Source: the human T2T-CHM13v2.0 reference genome, Homo sapiens. From it: a stretch of 64,000 bases of DNA. The notes below the pieces were generated by a model. That model was not told the origin of the DNA. It worked only from the letters and a program-made list of their open reading frames with translations, and ran no database searches. Shown here one piece after another: positions 16,639 through 32,125 of this stretch. A program made the translations under genes and the position numbers. Position 1 is the first letter of the stretch. The number at the start of each line of letters is the position of its first letter. The DNA lies in the NCBI RefSeq assembly GCF_009914755.1, contig NC_060938.1. One strand, given 5' to 3'.

Positions 16639-16916
16639 AGACAGAGTCTCGCTCTGTCGCTCAGGCTGGAGTGCAGTGGAGTGGTTGCTAACTGCAACCT
16701 CCACTTCCCGGGGTCAAGCAATTCTCCTGCCTCAGCCTCCTGAGTAGCTGGGATTATAGGCGCCTGCCACCATGCCCAGCTAATTTTTGTATTTTTAGTA
16801 GAGATGGGGTTTCACCATGTTGGCCAGGCTGGTCTTGAACTCCTGACCTCAGGTGATCCACCCACCTCACCCTCCCAAAGTTCTGGGATTACAGGCGTGA
16901 GCCACTGTGCCCGGCC
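16601..16916 (-). mobile_element. AluSx in the TRIP11 3' UTR (sense to the mRNA) with a 37-nt A tail
   Basis: T37 at 16601-16637; TSD gta(c/t)tatagcttt. Confidence 0.96.
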
Positions 16917-18129
16917 AGTATTATAGCTTTAGGACAAGGTCACATATTTATTTAAATAGCAGCCATTTAATATCATGCTCTGTGATGTTTAGCTATGCAA
17001 TCCACCCACAACAGCTTTTAAACTTACGTTAAACCATGGGATGAGAGGCGGACAAGTTGTTTTGGTCAGAGAAGGAAATACTCAAAAATGTCACAAAAGG
17101 CATTTCAAATATGATGACATACTACTTAAATACCAACCATGCATCTCTTTTTCAAATTAAAAGAGAAAACTTTTTACATATTCTATTTCTTAAAAATAAA
17201 GGACCATGTGTCTTTTTTAACTTAGAAACTAGTATTTCATTTCTCCACACTGAAATGAAATTTCAATGGCAAGCAGCAAATAATGTAGGATAGTCAGTGA
17301 AAGTATCTTTGTTAGGAGCATATAAAAACCAAGGAGTAACAACTCACAGAGAAATAATAATAGGCAAAAACCAAGAGGCAGTTTGACAGTTCTAATATAG
17401 AACTTGCATGACAACTTCCTTTAAAGTATAGTAAATAAAGAATGGCAATATAAATTAGTTATCTAAGGAGATACAAGACATTCTGAAGCAGCATTTTCAG
17501 TTACTTCATTTTTCAGAAAAACAAGTTTCACCCATCAACATGGAATTAAGACTTCCAGTCTTCCAAATACATTAGAAAGTACAGTTAATCACAGTAAAAC
17601 TTGCAAATAACCAAATTTAGTTCTGGCCTCAGCCAGGACTATTCACATATTTGAATTTGTTTTATTTTCATCCTTCCTTGTTATACAAATGTTTCTATTT
17701 TAAAAGCATATAGAAATTTACAAAATTTGCAAGAAATATCTTTTTAAATGTACAACTTCAACAACTAATAAAAATATGAACATCCAGATACAGTTAAGTT
17801 TCAAGTCGGGATTTTTTTTTTATGATGGGTTTATGAAAAATTAAAGAAATACTTTCTTAAGTTTCAAACATCTGGGTACTGGTGCTATCAAAGTGATTTC
17901 ACTGCCCTCAGTGGCCACCGTGATAACAGTTGACTCTCGGATTGCTGTACCTCATATGTCAACACCGCAGACGGAGGCAGGAAGTGGCATGTTCAGTGAT
18001 TTTGCTAATTATACTTACGTAGATGCAGCTGTATGGTTTAATGCTTATATGAAAGTTGCATGAATTTGTGTAACATTTAGTTTTAAGATGATATCTTTAA
18101 ATAGATACCTTAGCTGTTAAAACTAAGTG

Positions 18130-18620
18130 ATATATCTGCACTATATGCTCAACAATAAAAAGGAACAAACTAGTGATACATCCAAAGCCTTGGATGGATC
18201 TCAAGGGAATTATGCTGAGTGAAAAAAAGCCAGTCTCAAGAGGGTATATATTGATTCCATTTATATAACATTCTCAAAATAACAAAATGACTGAGATGGA
18301 GAACAGTAAGTGGTTGTCAGGGATTAAGGAGAGGGCCAGGGAGAGAGGTGGCAATGATTATGAGAGGGCAACACAGGGGGATGCTTGTAATGGAAGTCTT
18401 CCGTGTCTTGCCTGTGGTGGTAGTCACATGAATTTACACACAGGGCCAGGCGCAGTGGCTCATGCCTTAATCCCAGCACTTTGGGAGGCTGAGGTGGGAG
18501 GATCACTTGAGCCCAGGAGTTTGAGGCCAGCCTGGCAACATAGTGAGACCCCATCTCTATTTAAAACAAACAAAAAAAGAATCTACACACATGATAATAT
18601 TGCACAGGACCAAATACATA
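18130..18620 (+). mobile_element. L1M 3' fragment containing a FLAM/Alu left monomer (18443-18580), in the 3' UTR
   Basis: tggatggatctcaagggaattatgctgagtgaaaaaaagccagtctcaa; TSD aat(t/c)tacacaca. Confidence 0.85.
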
Positions 18621-19014
18621 CTTCACCTCAGGGAACCTATGACCTTCCAGCAACAATCTTGTTGGCCTGTCTCCACAAAGTCCTCTAAAGATGATCAATA
18701 TATGCTTCAAATCAACTTTCTGCACTATGCAGAGAAGCCACTACTAGTATTTTTTTATTCTTCGTTTAAAAAAAAAAAACACTCTCTTGATAAACCACAA
18801 TCTCTAGCTTAAATGAGCTTGGAAATCACAAAAGGAAATAAAAAGCTGCCATATAGCTACTAGTATTTTTGTCTGTCTGTATTTTTGTAAATTAAGGTAA
18901 AAGATAAATTAAATGTTCCTAGCTTAAATTAGGTCAAATCAGAAGGAATAAAGCAGATTATATAGCAAACACTTGCTCCTGACACCTGCAGTTTCTAAAA
19001 GCATTAGGAATATT

Positions 19015-19020
19015 TTTATT
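19015..19020 (-). terminator. Candidate proximal polyadenylation signal AATAAA
   Basis: About 130 nt after the stop; downstream minus-strand sequence has GU/U-rich words (ggtgtc, agtgtttg). Confidence 0.55.
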
Positions 19021-19150
19021 AAATTCAGAGAAAGCATAATTGCGAACAAATACATGACTTTCTCCCCAAAGGCCACTTTGTGATAAAGTACATACATATA
19101 GTGTTCATGGTTTCTTTAAAGTGCTAGATTGTCTCTGGCTTGAGAATCAT

Positions 19151-19399
<249 letters not shown>

Positions 19400-19586
19400 C
19401 TATCTTTCACAAAGAAGTCAAAATGAAATAACTCTGAATGTAATAGCATAAAGTTATCTGTGTAATATTGTTAAATTGATTAGCATAGATAAATAAAAAT
19501 AATCAATGTATCACTTATCAACTTAAAAATTCTCCCTTGACGGTAATAACACTGGCATCCAGCACATCTTTTTGGACTGGTCTTTA

Positions 19587-19923
<337 letters not shown>

Positions 19924-20977
19924 TGAAAGCACAAACAGGCCTCAATTCCTAAACACAAATACTAATTTGTATGGCTAAAATCTGACTAATGTTCACTCTT
20001 GGTAATTCAAAACATTTTCTGATAAAAAAACAATGCTATACATGTGTTTTAAGTTCCCAGATTTGGCCCCCAAGTAAATTTAATTCATATGCTGCGGGGT
20101 TCTGGATCCCACAAGCAAGGTCTATGAAATACAGGAGGATGAAAGAGGATAAGGAATAAGAGGAACGAATAGGGAAAGAAAAGGCAAGAGAAGAATATTT
20201 GTATGCTTATCTAATACCTTATTAAACACATTACAACTCTTGTTTTATACTTAAATACCAGTTATGTAACTGATGAACTTCATTTACCATAACAACAGCT
20301 TTTTAAATGGTGTCATCTATGTTGCAAGGCAAACTCTTTACTTACCCATCTGAATAATGAAAGGCTTAAGGAGTTACGTTCTCCCCAAATAATTACAATA
20401 AAGAAAAACAAACCCATATTACAATGATAACAGTTGAATTAATATTTGCCAGAAGAAAAAACAATATATACATACCTTACCTGATCATCTTTTAGGCAGT
20501 CAAAGGTTTGAAAACAATCTTGATTAGATTATTTTTCTATGAAGTTGGGCTAATACAATTCCTTTTTATTGGAATAGGTAAATTCCTAATGTCTTAGTGG
20601 ACAGATTCTGCTTTAATGCCCAAGACCTCTGACAACTTCAATGGTAACAGACAAGCAATCCTTTGAAGGTGCCTACTTCAGCAATGGGAAACTCAAATAA
20701 AAAAGACCTCCTAAAGCAAAGAAAGCACTAAGACAAATTTGTCAAATCTGCTTATCATTGAGCACTCTTAGGGTTCCCAAGCCGTACTTTCCTATGAATG
20801 ACAACTTTCCGAACTCTGGGCAAGCTTCTGGTGTTACCTAGTGAGCTCTGACACACTTCCAAATTCAAGATTAAAGATTAAGCTTGCTTTGTTCATGCAA
20901 AGCCTATATCAACCCAAGCCATCACCAGCTTTTGTATCCTATCAATACAAATCAGGCTGGGCACTGGACTTGATACA

Positions 20978-21125
20978 AGAAAGGGGAAAGGTAGGAAAGA
21001 GGAAGAAAAGTGAGAGAAAAGAAGGGGAAAGGAGGGAGAGGGAGGGAGAATAAAGAAGGAGAAGGGAAGAAAAGGGAAAGGAAGGGTGGGAAAAGAAGGG
21101 GAAGGGAAGAGAGGAAGGGAAAGAG
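20978..21125. repeat. About 150-nt GA-rich polypurine/polypyrimidine tract
   Basis: Almost pure A/G on the + strand. Confidence 0.9.
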
Positions 21126-22169
21126 CCTGCCATAATGAATTTGGGAATCTGTTTCAAGATGCTACAACCTAGTGTAAAAGAAAAACTGTTTTCAGTATAG
21201 CCTACACCTCTTAGATAAAGTTATGACTTTTCACAAAATTTAGCAGGCAAAACTACTTACTACCTAAAGGACTGATAAATTTTACTACTTTCCCTTCCTA
21301 TACAAGTTCAGAAAAATAGAAATATTTGTCTAAACGACAGAAGTTTCAAAAATTTCAGAATATAAATTCTTTATTATTTTATCCAAATTTAAGCATCTGA
21401 TGTGTGATATGAGTATATAACATATACCTTTACAGTCCAATTAGTAAACATATTAGTCTATTAAAATATGAAGATTTCAGAAGAGCTCTTCCAATAAAGA
21501 ATTTGTTTATAGTCCAACAGATTATAATTCAATTTCAATTGATAAATTTTCTTGCGTGCCAGTATATATGATATGAACATAAATAAAACCCTTACAATTT
21601 AGTGAGACAGAAAAATATGTACACGTTAACCACCACCAACCGTCCGCTCTAGGCAGATCTTTCAACATAAAAGAGTGCTTTCTACATTCTTGGAGTCTCA
21701 AGTCAGTTTGTTAAACTGCGCTTATATATATTAACATGCCAATGTTTGGTTACTGAGTGTAGCACTTAAATTTTCAAAGGAGAAAAACCCTTCTCAAACT
21801 ATAAACTACACATCTAACTCGGATTAGCAAGAACCACCATTAGTGAGAAAGCAAAGCAGGTGGCCAAGAAAGATGTAACCAGTTCCCCATCACTTCCAGA
21901 GGAATAATTCATAGCTGGTTAGGCAGACAGAGAAGAATTATTCTGATATACAAAGGGAATATATTTCTTACCATTTAAATTAATCTAAGTCAATTAAATA
22001 TCAGATTGCTACAAGAATATATGAAGCAAAAGCCTGATGCCTTATTGGAAAAGCCTGATGCCTTATTGGAATTCTGGAAGTCCTGATTACACATTTCCAA
22101 AAATACTAAAAATTTAGTTAATATCACTGTGAAACATAATCATACATTAAACATTCAATTTTCAAATTA

Positions 22170-22340
<171 letters not shown>

Positions 22341-22492
22341 CTAAGAAAAAATATTTTGGTTATATTAGGCTAGATAATTAAGTTATATTCACTACAACTA
22401 AGGAAATGTACCAGCTTTTCTAATTAAATATTAAAAATTAATCATGCCACTTGAATAATTTTTTTTTACAAATCAGCTTTATGAACAATTGA

Positions 22493-22801
<309 letters not shown>

Positions 22802-23222
22802 TAAAATACTAGCACTTTAGATAGATGATCATCATTACAAAAATTTAACAATTTAATCAATAGTCTGATGGTAACACTCACTTCTAACACCTCATGGTCA
22901 GAATTAGCCAACTGATAATACTTATTTTTCTTGCCATCAATGAATAGCACTTAATGAATCTGATCATTTTAATAACTATTAACACAAACATAAAAAATTA
23001 TATGAAAGGAAAACACACATTAGACATAATTTTCTAGTCAGGTCTAACCAATGAATATAATAACAAAAGATCACAAATAACATTGTCAGATTAAAATAAT
23101 GTAGTGTAGACCTTTCCTTTAAATTAAATTTTATGCCAGCCAAGTAAAATAGGGTTTTATCTTTAACCAGCTCTGGGTAAATCACCTATCCTTCGTGTCC
23201 TCTTTATTAAAAAACTAAGAGA

Positions 23223-23550
<328 letters not shown>

Positions 23551-24080
23551 CTAACTGATACTACTACTCAATTCAATTAATATTCATCTAGAGCCTACAA
23601 CATACCAGGCACTGTGTTTTCATGTTTATTAACTGCTTCCTCCTTCAAGAATCTAAGTTTTATGAGGGCAGGCGCCGTTTCTATCCAGTTTGCAGCTGCA
23701 TCCTCAATGCTTAGAACAGTCTAGTTCACAGCAGGTACTCAGTAAGTATTCACTGGCTCAACGATTTGGAACATACATAGACGAATAAAATAAATCCTCT
23801 ATCTTGCTACTATAATTTAGTAGCAAGACTGCCTATGGCAGCATGATCAAGTACAAAGGAAAAGTTAATATTTTGAAAAATAAAAGCACCATATAGAGTT
23901 AAAATAAAACCTATATGCAATAAAGTTATGAAAACTGGCTTGTTATCCTTAAGCTTAATCACCTCTCTGGAACTCAGTTTCTGCAACTTCAAAATAAAAG
24001 GGTTGTATAAAATAATTTTTAAAAAAAATCTGATTCTTTGCAAATGAATGTAATATACAGTCATTTTACTATTCACCTTA

Positions 24081-24335
<255 letters not shown>

Positions 24336-24637
24336 CTAGTAAATGTTTCCTACTGATAGAGTCTACAAATACAATAAAATGCCATCCCAAGCACCATCTC
24401 AAATGAAAGTCTGGGGATATTTCAACATTTCAGCATCCTGATATGAGTAGTTTGTAAGTTACAAAACATTTAAACTAATATCATACATATTGAACAAATC
24501 TGCCTCTTCAATGTTGTATGAAGTAATTCCATTTCCACACTGAGAAAATTACACTCAGTAAAAGTTACATACAGTAAAAGGAAGTAATTGTCTACAAAGC
24601 CACTATCTGGATTATGAATGTGTTCAGATGGCTTTCA

Positions 24638-24799
<162 letters not shown>

Positions 24800-25569
24800 T
24801 CAACATTAAGTACACTCAAACACTAAGCATAGAAATATTTAATTATATTAAACAATTAAATATTTACTTATAAAAAAGTCTAAACAAAATATTTTAAAGT
24901 GTCTTTAAAAAATCTTGACAAGTCTAATATTTCAAAAAAAATAAAATAAAAAAGAATATTTCAAACATCCCAAAATGTGTATCTTTTAAAATCTCACTTA
25001 CTAGCCACCCACTTTATTCAACCCAGTTACTGACCGAGGTGGCGCCTCCTTAGTAATTCCAAGCTCCTGACTGGGCTAATGTTCACCTGAAGCAGAAACT
25101 TAAATGGTGATGACTGTTGTGTTTAATGTTATGCTTATATTTCCCCATCCAAATGTATTAAAAATTTACTAATAATATATACATTTAAAAAATATTAAAT
25201 GAGCTACTGTTGCATATATACTGAGGTTTCAGATCTAATACATTTGAGCAAGATTATGTTCATTTAAGGACAGTAAAAGAAGCAAAAAAGAATGGTAAAA
25301 ATAAATTTTTTATTTTCTAAGTACTTCTTACTGAGGTGATATTTTAGCTCTTCTATATGGTTTTAAGAAAAAGAATGAGCTGGAAAAAAATCCACATTAA
25401 AAATAAAAGAAGGTAAGTGATTCTGCTGACTCCTCATTAAAGCTGCATCCTTCCTCACTAAGAGTGAGGGGAAAAAAGGCTTTTGAAAAATTTAATCACA
25501 TATAAACATCTACATTTAGAAGTTTTTTTTTAACCATAAAAGTGATTTCCACAAAATATACAAACATTA

Positions 25570-25698
<129 letters not shown>

Positions 25699-26639
25699 TT
25701 AACTGATTAAAATAGTCTGGATGACTATATAATGAAATTTATGAGATCTTTATTATAACCTCTGAATATATACACTTATTCTAATTGGGAATATTCAATA
25801 ACTTCTATCTCTTCTTTGGTCCAGGGAACTAGGCTCTCATATAGAAATCCTCTAAAAGCCAGAGTGCATTAATTCACATGGTTTACTCCCAAGAAAGTAA
25901 TCAACTTTGTAATACAATACTGAAAAACCAAGAAACGTTTTCATCCTCTTTAAAAACTTAATAGCAAAGAAGAGATTTTCATCACTGCCTCCTTGCATGA
26001 AACATTTCCAGAGCCACTCTTATTAACAGGAGGAAGTAGAAAGGACTTTAATATTTTCCTTTTTCTATTTTCCTGGCCAGACTCTGTTTTTGGTGAGCTG
26101 ACTAAGAAGCGTATCTAACACAACTAAGACCATGGCTCAGGATGCAGTGGATAGGACAAACTATTATGGGGGTAAGGAAATTGCAAAATATAATTCAGGT
26201 AATCGGCTCTAATATACAAATCAAGATACTATAGCTTATGACTGACTTAGAAGGATGCCTGGACTATTTTATTTTTAAATTATTATTTAAAAAGGAAGCA
26301 AAATCCATAAAATCTTGGTGGAATAGTTGGAATTTAAGCAGTATTAAAGGCAAAGTCTAGAATTACAACAGGAGATACCCTGTTCCTAAATTCAGCCATG
26401 CCACAGGGCAAGGATTTCTGGACTAAGGAACTCTCAGTCAAACAGAGTTTACACCTGTTCTGTTATGCCAGAAACGAATAGTTTGAGCTGAAAGAGATGC
26501 TCAGTAATTTTAAGCTAGATTATAAGTTTTTGTTCTGAAAGAAATAAAGAGGAGAGCTCTATCTAGAAACATTCACATCCAAACGCTAGACTCTGCCACA
26601 AACCTTTTCCTTTGAATTATGCTGCATTTTCCTAGTAGT

Positions 26640-27060
26640 AGCTGGATACAAGTTCCGTTATCAGATATGATTTACAAACATGTTTTCCCCATTCTGTGAG
26701 TTGTCATCTCACTTTCTTGATGATATCTTTTGAAACACAAAAGTTTTCAATTTTTATGAAGTCCAATGTACTTTTTCTTTTGTTGCTTGTGCTTTTGGTT
26801 TCATATCTAAGAAACTATACCTAACCCAACACCTGTTTTAAGCGTTTTATAGTTTTAATTCTAAAATTTAGGTCTACCAGCCATTTTGAGTTAATTTTTG
26901 TGCATGGTGTGAGGTAGGGGTCCAACTTCATTCTTTTGCACATGGATATCCACTTGTTCCAGCATTATATGGTGAAGAAACTATTCTTTTGGAATAGTTT
27001 CCAACCTTGTTGGAAATCAATTGACCATAAATGTATGGTATATTTCTAGACTCTAAATTC
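26640..27060 (-). mobile_element. L1M ORF2/3' fragment
   Basis: ccattttgagttaatttttgtgcatggtgtgaggtaggggtccaacttcattcttttgcacatggatatcca. Confidence 0.85.
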
Positions 27061-28021
27061 CCACTGTAAGAATTCTGCAAATGTTTTGTCATTCTTTTCT
27101 TTTTTTTTTTTTTCCTGCCTGGAAAGCTCTTTTCCATCAGGACTGCCTATTAACTCCTATTCACCTTTCATGTCTCTGTTTCCAACTCACTTTCTTAAAG
27201 AATTTTCCTTTGAGCCTTACAGATTAGGCCAGGTCTGTTTGCTTTATGTTTTCATTCTGCTCTGTACAATGCTTCTGCACAATGCCCAAAATTCCGATTT
27301 ATGGTACTAAATTCGTATATAAAATGTCTCGTTTAACTGTTTACGATGGCTTGTGGTTTTCCTAAATTGCAAAAATCTAACTTGCAAAATGTCATTCATA
27401 TAATAGGCCAATTTTACCAAAATAGAGATGGTTGCCATAACCATATTATAAAAGCAAGGTTTGTATTTGGAAAATCTACTACGAACTTTTCCTTTCCTGT
27501 CTTTCCAGTAAGGAATTTAAACTTGGACGAGAGAGGGAGAGAGAGAAGGGGAGAGAGAGGGCGAAAAGGTGGGGGTGGACAGGACTATTATTAAAGTCTG
27601 AGTCAGTAAAAGACACTTTAGATTCCTAATGTGCACATGTATACTACTAGCACATGGTGTTATCTGGGCCTTTTCTAGCACTATATTCTGAATGTAAATA
27701 GAACTCAGCAAATAAGTTAATCTCTCGTCACTGTTTTGACTTAACCGTCCCACTCACAAACTAAAGTAGGAGACAGAGTAAAGATGGGCATGGTCTTCTC
27801 CTCCTTCCTCCTCCATTCCTCCCCAAGGCTACAGAAAGATAGCAGAAAAACAGAGGTCAAGCTTAGCTAACCTACCTCCAACCCCCACCTTCCCTTTCCC
27901 TGAGACTTCCCTTCTCCTACCTACTTTCCTCTAAAATTAGTAATTTGTATATTGATTACATGTCTATATAATAATTTGGTTATACTGGGTTATATATAAA
28001 ATATATATGTGTGTATATATA

Positions 28022-28298
28022 TTTGAGACAGGGTCTTGCTCTGTAGCCCAGGCTGTGGCATGATCACAGCTCACTGCAGCCTCAAACTCCTGGGGTCAAG
28101 CCATCCTCCTGCCTCAGCCTCAGGAAATAGTTGAGATTACCAGTGTGCACCACCACAACCAGCTAATTTCTAATTTTTTGTAGAGATGGGGTCTCACGAT
28201 GTTGCCTGGGCTGATCTCAAACTCCTGCGTTCAAGTAATTCTCCTGCCATAGCCTTCCAAAATGTTGGGATTACAAGTGTGAGCCACTGTGCCTGTCC
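28022..28298 (-). mobile_element. AluJ with (TA)n tail, within a MER33-like remnant
   Basis: Antisense J-type Alu; flank catggccactaaaaaatttaaaattgcacgtggctc. Confidence 0.88.
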
Positions 28299-28474
28299 CT
28301 ATATAAAACATATTATCAAACAATTTCACCTATAGCTTTTTACTGTTTTAACATGGCCACTAAAAAATTTAAAATTGCACGTGGCTCACAGTATATTCCT
28401 ACTGGACAGTACTGCTTTTAGAACATAACCAGGATATAACACTACTCTATACTATCTCTTATTTTAAAAAGAGA

Positions 28475-28790
28475 GGCTGGGCGCAGTGGCTCACGCTTGT
28501 AATCCCAGTGCTTTGCGAGGCCGAGGTAAGCATATTGCTTGAGCTCAGGAGTTTGAGACCAGCCTGGGCAACATAGCAGAACCCTGTCTCTACAAGAAAT
28601 ACAAAAATTAGCCGGGTGTGGCGGCATGAACCTGTAATTCCAGCTACTTAGGAGGCTGAGGCGGGAGGATCGCCTGAGCCCAGGAGGCAGATATTGCAGT
28701 GACCTCAGATTGTGCCACTGCACTCCGGCCTGGACAACAGAGCGAGACCCTGTCTCCAAAAAAAAAAAAAAAAAGAGAGAGAGAGAGAGA
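28475..28790 (+). mobile_element. AluJ/S with A(GA)n tail
   Basis: Full dimer. Confidence 0.92.
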
Positions 28791-30402
28791 AAGTGAAATG
28801 ACAGACATCTTCAGAGTAAAATTCACAAAGCAGAGCTGAGCCTGATAAAAATTTTAGTAAAATAAAGTAGAAAATTTTAACTTTGCTCTATGAAAAACTG
28901 ATCAAGAAATCAAACTGCGTAGAAGTCCAAATCAAAAATACTTTCTTGATGAAAACTTACTAAGATTGGTATGGTTTTTATTAAAGTCTCTGTATTCAGA
29001 AAGGTAGAGTCAAAACATCCTTAAGGCGAAAATGACAGGGTTAAAATTTCCTAAACTCACTATCAGAACATACAGTTTGTCCCTGAGCTAATGTGATGTG
29101 GAATGCAAAGGGCTGTTGCAAACTCAAGCAGTAGTTAGAATGTACTCCGATATTTGAGTCTAGGGGGAAAAACTCAGAATTTAAGGGATGGCGCTAGAAG
29201 GATGGTATTAACTATGAGGGGTTTGGAAAGGAAAAGAAAGTCAAACACCTACTACAAAGGTCCCTACAGATGCCTCTTTTTCTTCAAGCACCCTTATTTT
29301 CCTCCCATCAGAGATTCTGAATATTTCTCTACAAAAACTGAACCCTAATTCAAACCACAATTTGAAATCAGAACTGTATTTATATGGGCAGGGAAAATAT
29401 GGTTATTCAGAAATGAGTTTTAAGCCAAATAAAATATTTCTGTGAAATAATCTCACATGCCAAAATAATTTTTTGGAAGTTAAAAAAAAAAAAAGGTGGA
29501 GGGGGGAACTTTAAAAGTTCAGCAATAAAGCAACTGAGATTTAGTCTAGTTTGGAGAAAGAGTTACTCTACATCTGTGACATAGTAAAACTTGCCATATC
29601 AGAGTCTCTTCTCTGGAACACCTAGACATGGTGCCATGGTCTTCAACATTTGGTTTAAAATAAAAATTGAACATAAAATGTAATTGATTGCAACAAATTG
29701 GCACATCATAATTTTACATTTCATTTGTAATTAATGACAGTACACTACAATGCTGCCTTCAGAGAACATCTTAAAATGAATCATACTACATCTTAAAATG
29801 AATCATACTGCTTACAAAGTCATTTGGATATTTCATGAGTAAGCTCCTGTAGGCAAGATCCAAGTCAGATTTACTGAACAGTCACCTGACTGAGAAAAAA
29901 AAGGAACACAGAACTTGAGAGTCAGAAGTGGATATGAATCATGGTCCTATCACCAGGGCCAGACTTTGTTGCCTATTTTGTAAAATGAACATGCTTATCT
30001 CAAAGAATTTGATAGAATCAACTGAATGATCAAATGTGACTTTTCTAAATAGTAAAGTGCTACATAAAGCATTAGTACTTATCATCCAATTTCTTAAAAT
30101 AACTAAAAAGTTCATATTTCAATCTAGCTTGAATCAGTATCACATATATTACTCTGTTTAATGTTAATATTTTGTGAGGTTTTCCCCCCTCCATTTTGCA
30201 TGTTTGTCATCTTTGAGGCCAAGGAGTCAACAGAAGGAAGAAAAAAATGTTAGAAAGATGATTTCACATACATATATATATGTCAATAAATAAATTGCAT
30301 CTGGTGTCTTATCTGCATCTGGATACCTTAAAACTAAATTTAAATCTGATACAATATTAAACCTAATAAGGAAATTTAACCTCTTCATTTAATTAAATAT
30401 AA

Positions 30403-31194
<792 letters not shown>

Positions 31195-31330
31195 TGCTTT
31201 GTCTTTTAACTCAATTATTTTCAACTGTATCCAACACAGAATTTGAAGGTCTAGAGTATATGGTAAATGTTTTGTTGTCCCATAATCATAATTGTTCACT
31301 GCTGAGTGAAAAGTATCTTTTAAAATTCTA

Positions 31331-31463
31331 GGCCAGGCCCAGTTGCTCATGCCTCTTGTAATCCTAGCACTTTGGGAAGCCAAGGCAGAAGGATCATTTG
31401 ATGCCAGGAGTTCAAGACCAGCCTGAGCAACATAGACAAACCGTCTCCACAAAAAAAAAAAAA
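31331..31463 (+). mobile_element. FLAM/Alu left monomer
   Basis: Monomer plus A tail. Confidence 0.88.
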
Positions 31464-31889
31464 TAAGATCCTGCCTCTTAAAAATAAAAATAAACTTCTA
31501 CTTCTTAGCAATGAACTCACAGGAAAAGAATTATATTAATACAGTATAACTTCATTAATCTGAATTCCACTAGATCAGAATCTGTGATTGGTTGAGGTCT
31601 ACTGGATTATTTGTAGACCAAATTTGGATTATTCACCAGAGTTACTATGTACACTTGATTTTATATAAATATTTTTAATATAACCAAATCAAATTTATTT
31701 TTCCTCACCATTCTCTTCCTTTAACCCTTTATTATGAATTCAGATAATCTGAACTATATTTCTCCATATTGAAACAGAACTAATTTTTTAAAAAGAGTAA
31801 ATATTATGAGTGGTTATATACTTGTTACTCCTCTGGCATGTGAGACAGAATATATATTTAATTTTAAAAGTGTTACAAACTTTCTTACT

Positions 31890-32125
31890 TTCAGGCGGGA
31901 GCCACACATTGGGTACATACGGACATAAAGATGGGAACAGCAGACACTGGAGATACCAGAGGGGGAAAAGGGAGAGGGGGAGAAGGGCTGAAAAACAACC
32001 TAATGGGTACTATGCTCACTACCTGAGTGACAAGATCATTTGTACCCCAAACCTCAGTGTCAAGCAGTAATAAACCTATACAAGTAACCCTGTACAGGTA
32101 CCCTTGAATCCACAAGTTGAAATTA
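31890..32125 (+). mobile_element. L1PA15/16-like 3' end
   Basis: ggacataaagatgggaacagcagacactgg...gggtactatgctcactacctgagtgac...taccccaaacctcag. Confidence 0.85.

Larger units (their letters stand above)
15460..19150 (-). other. TRIP11: TRIP11 3' UTR, long form about 3.7 kb (distal end approximate)
   Basis: AT-rich sequence after the stop; minus-strand AATAAA at 19015-19020, 18754-18759, 17661-17666, 16947-16952, 16070-16075, 15515-15520 and 15474-15479; length partly from recollection of the reference mRNA. Confidence 0.65.

Noticed and set aside
20340-21265. Strong-looking donors in intron 20 (TGG|gtaagt at 20345, CAG|gtaagg at 20480) and a possible 3-nt microexon ag|GTA|gtaagt at 21261-21263
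   Set aside because: The matching acceptors have weak pyrimidine tracts or give implausible sizes, and there is no UGC microexon enhancer; such words are expected by chance
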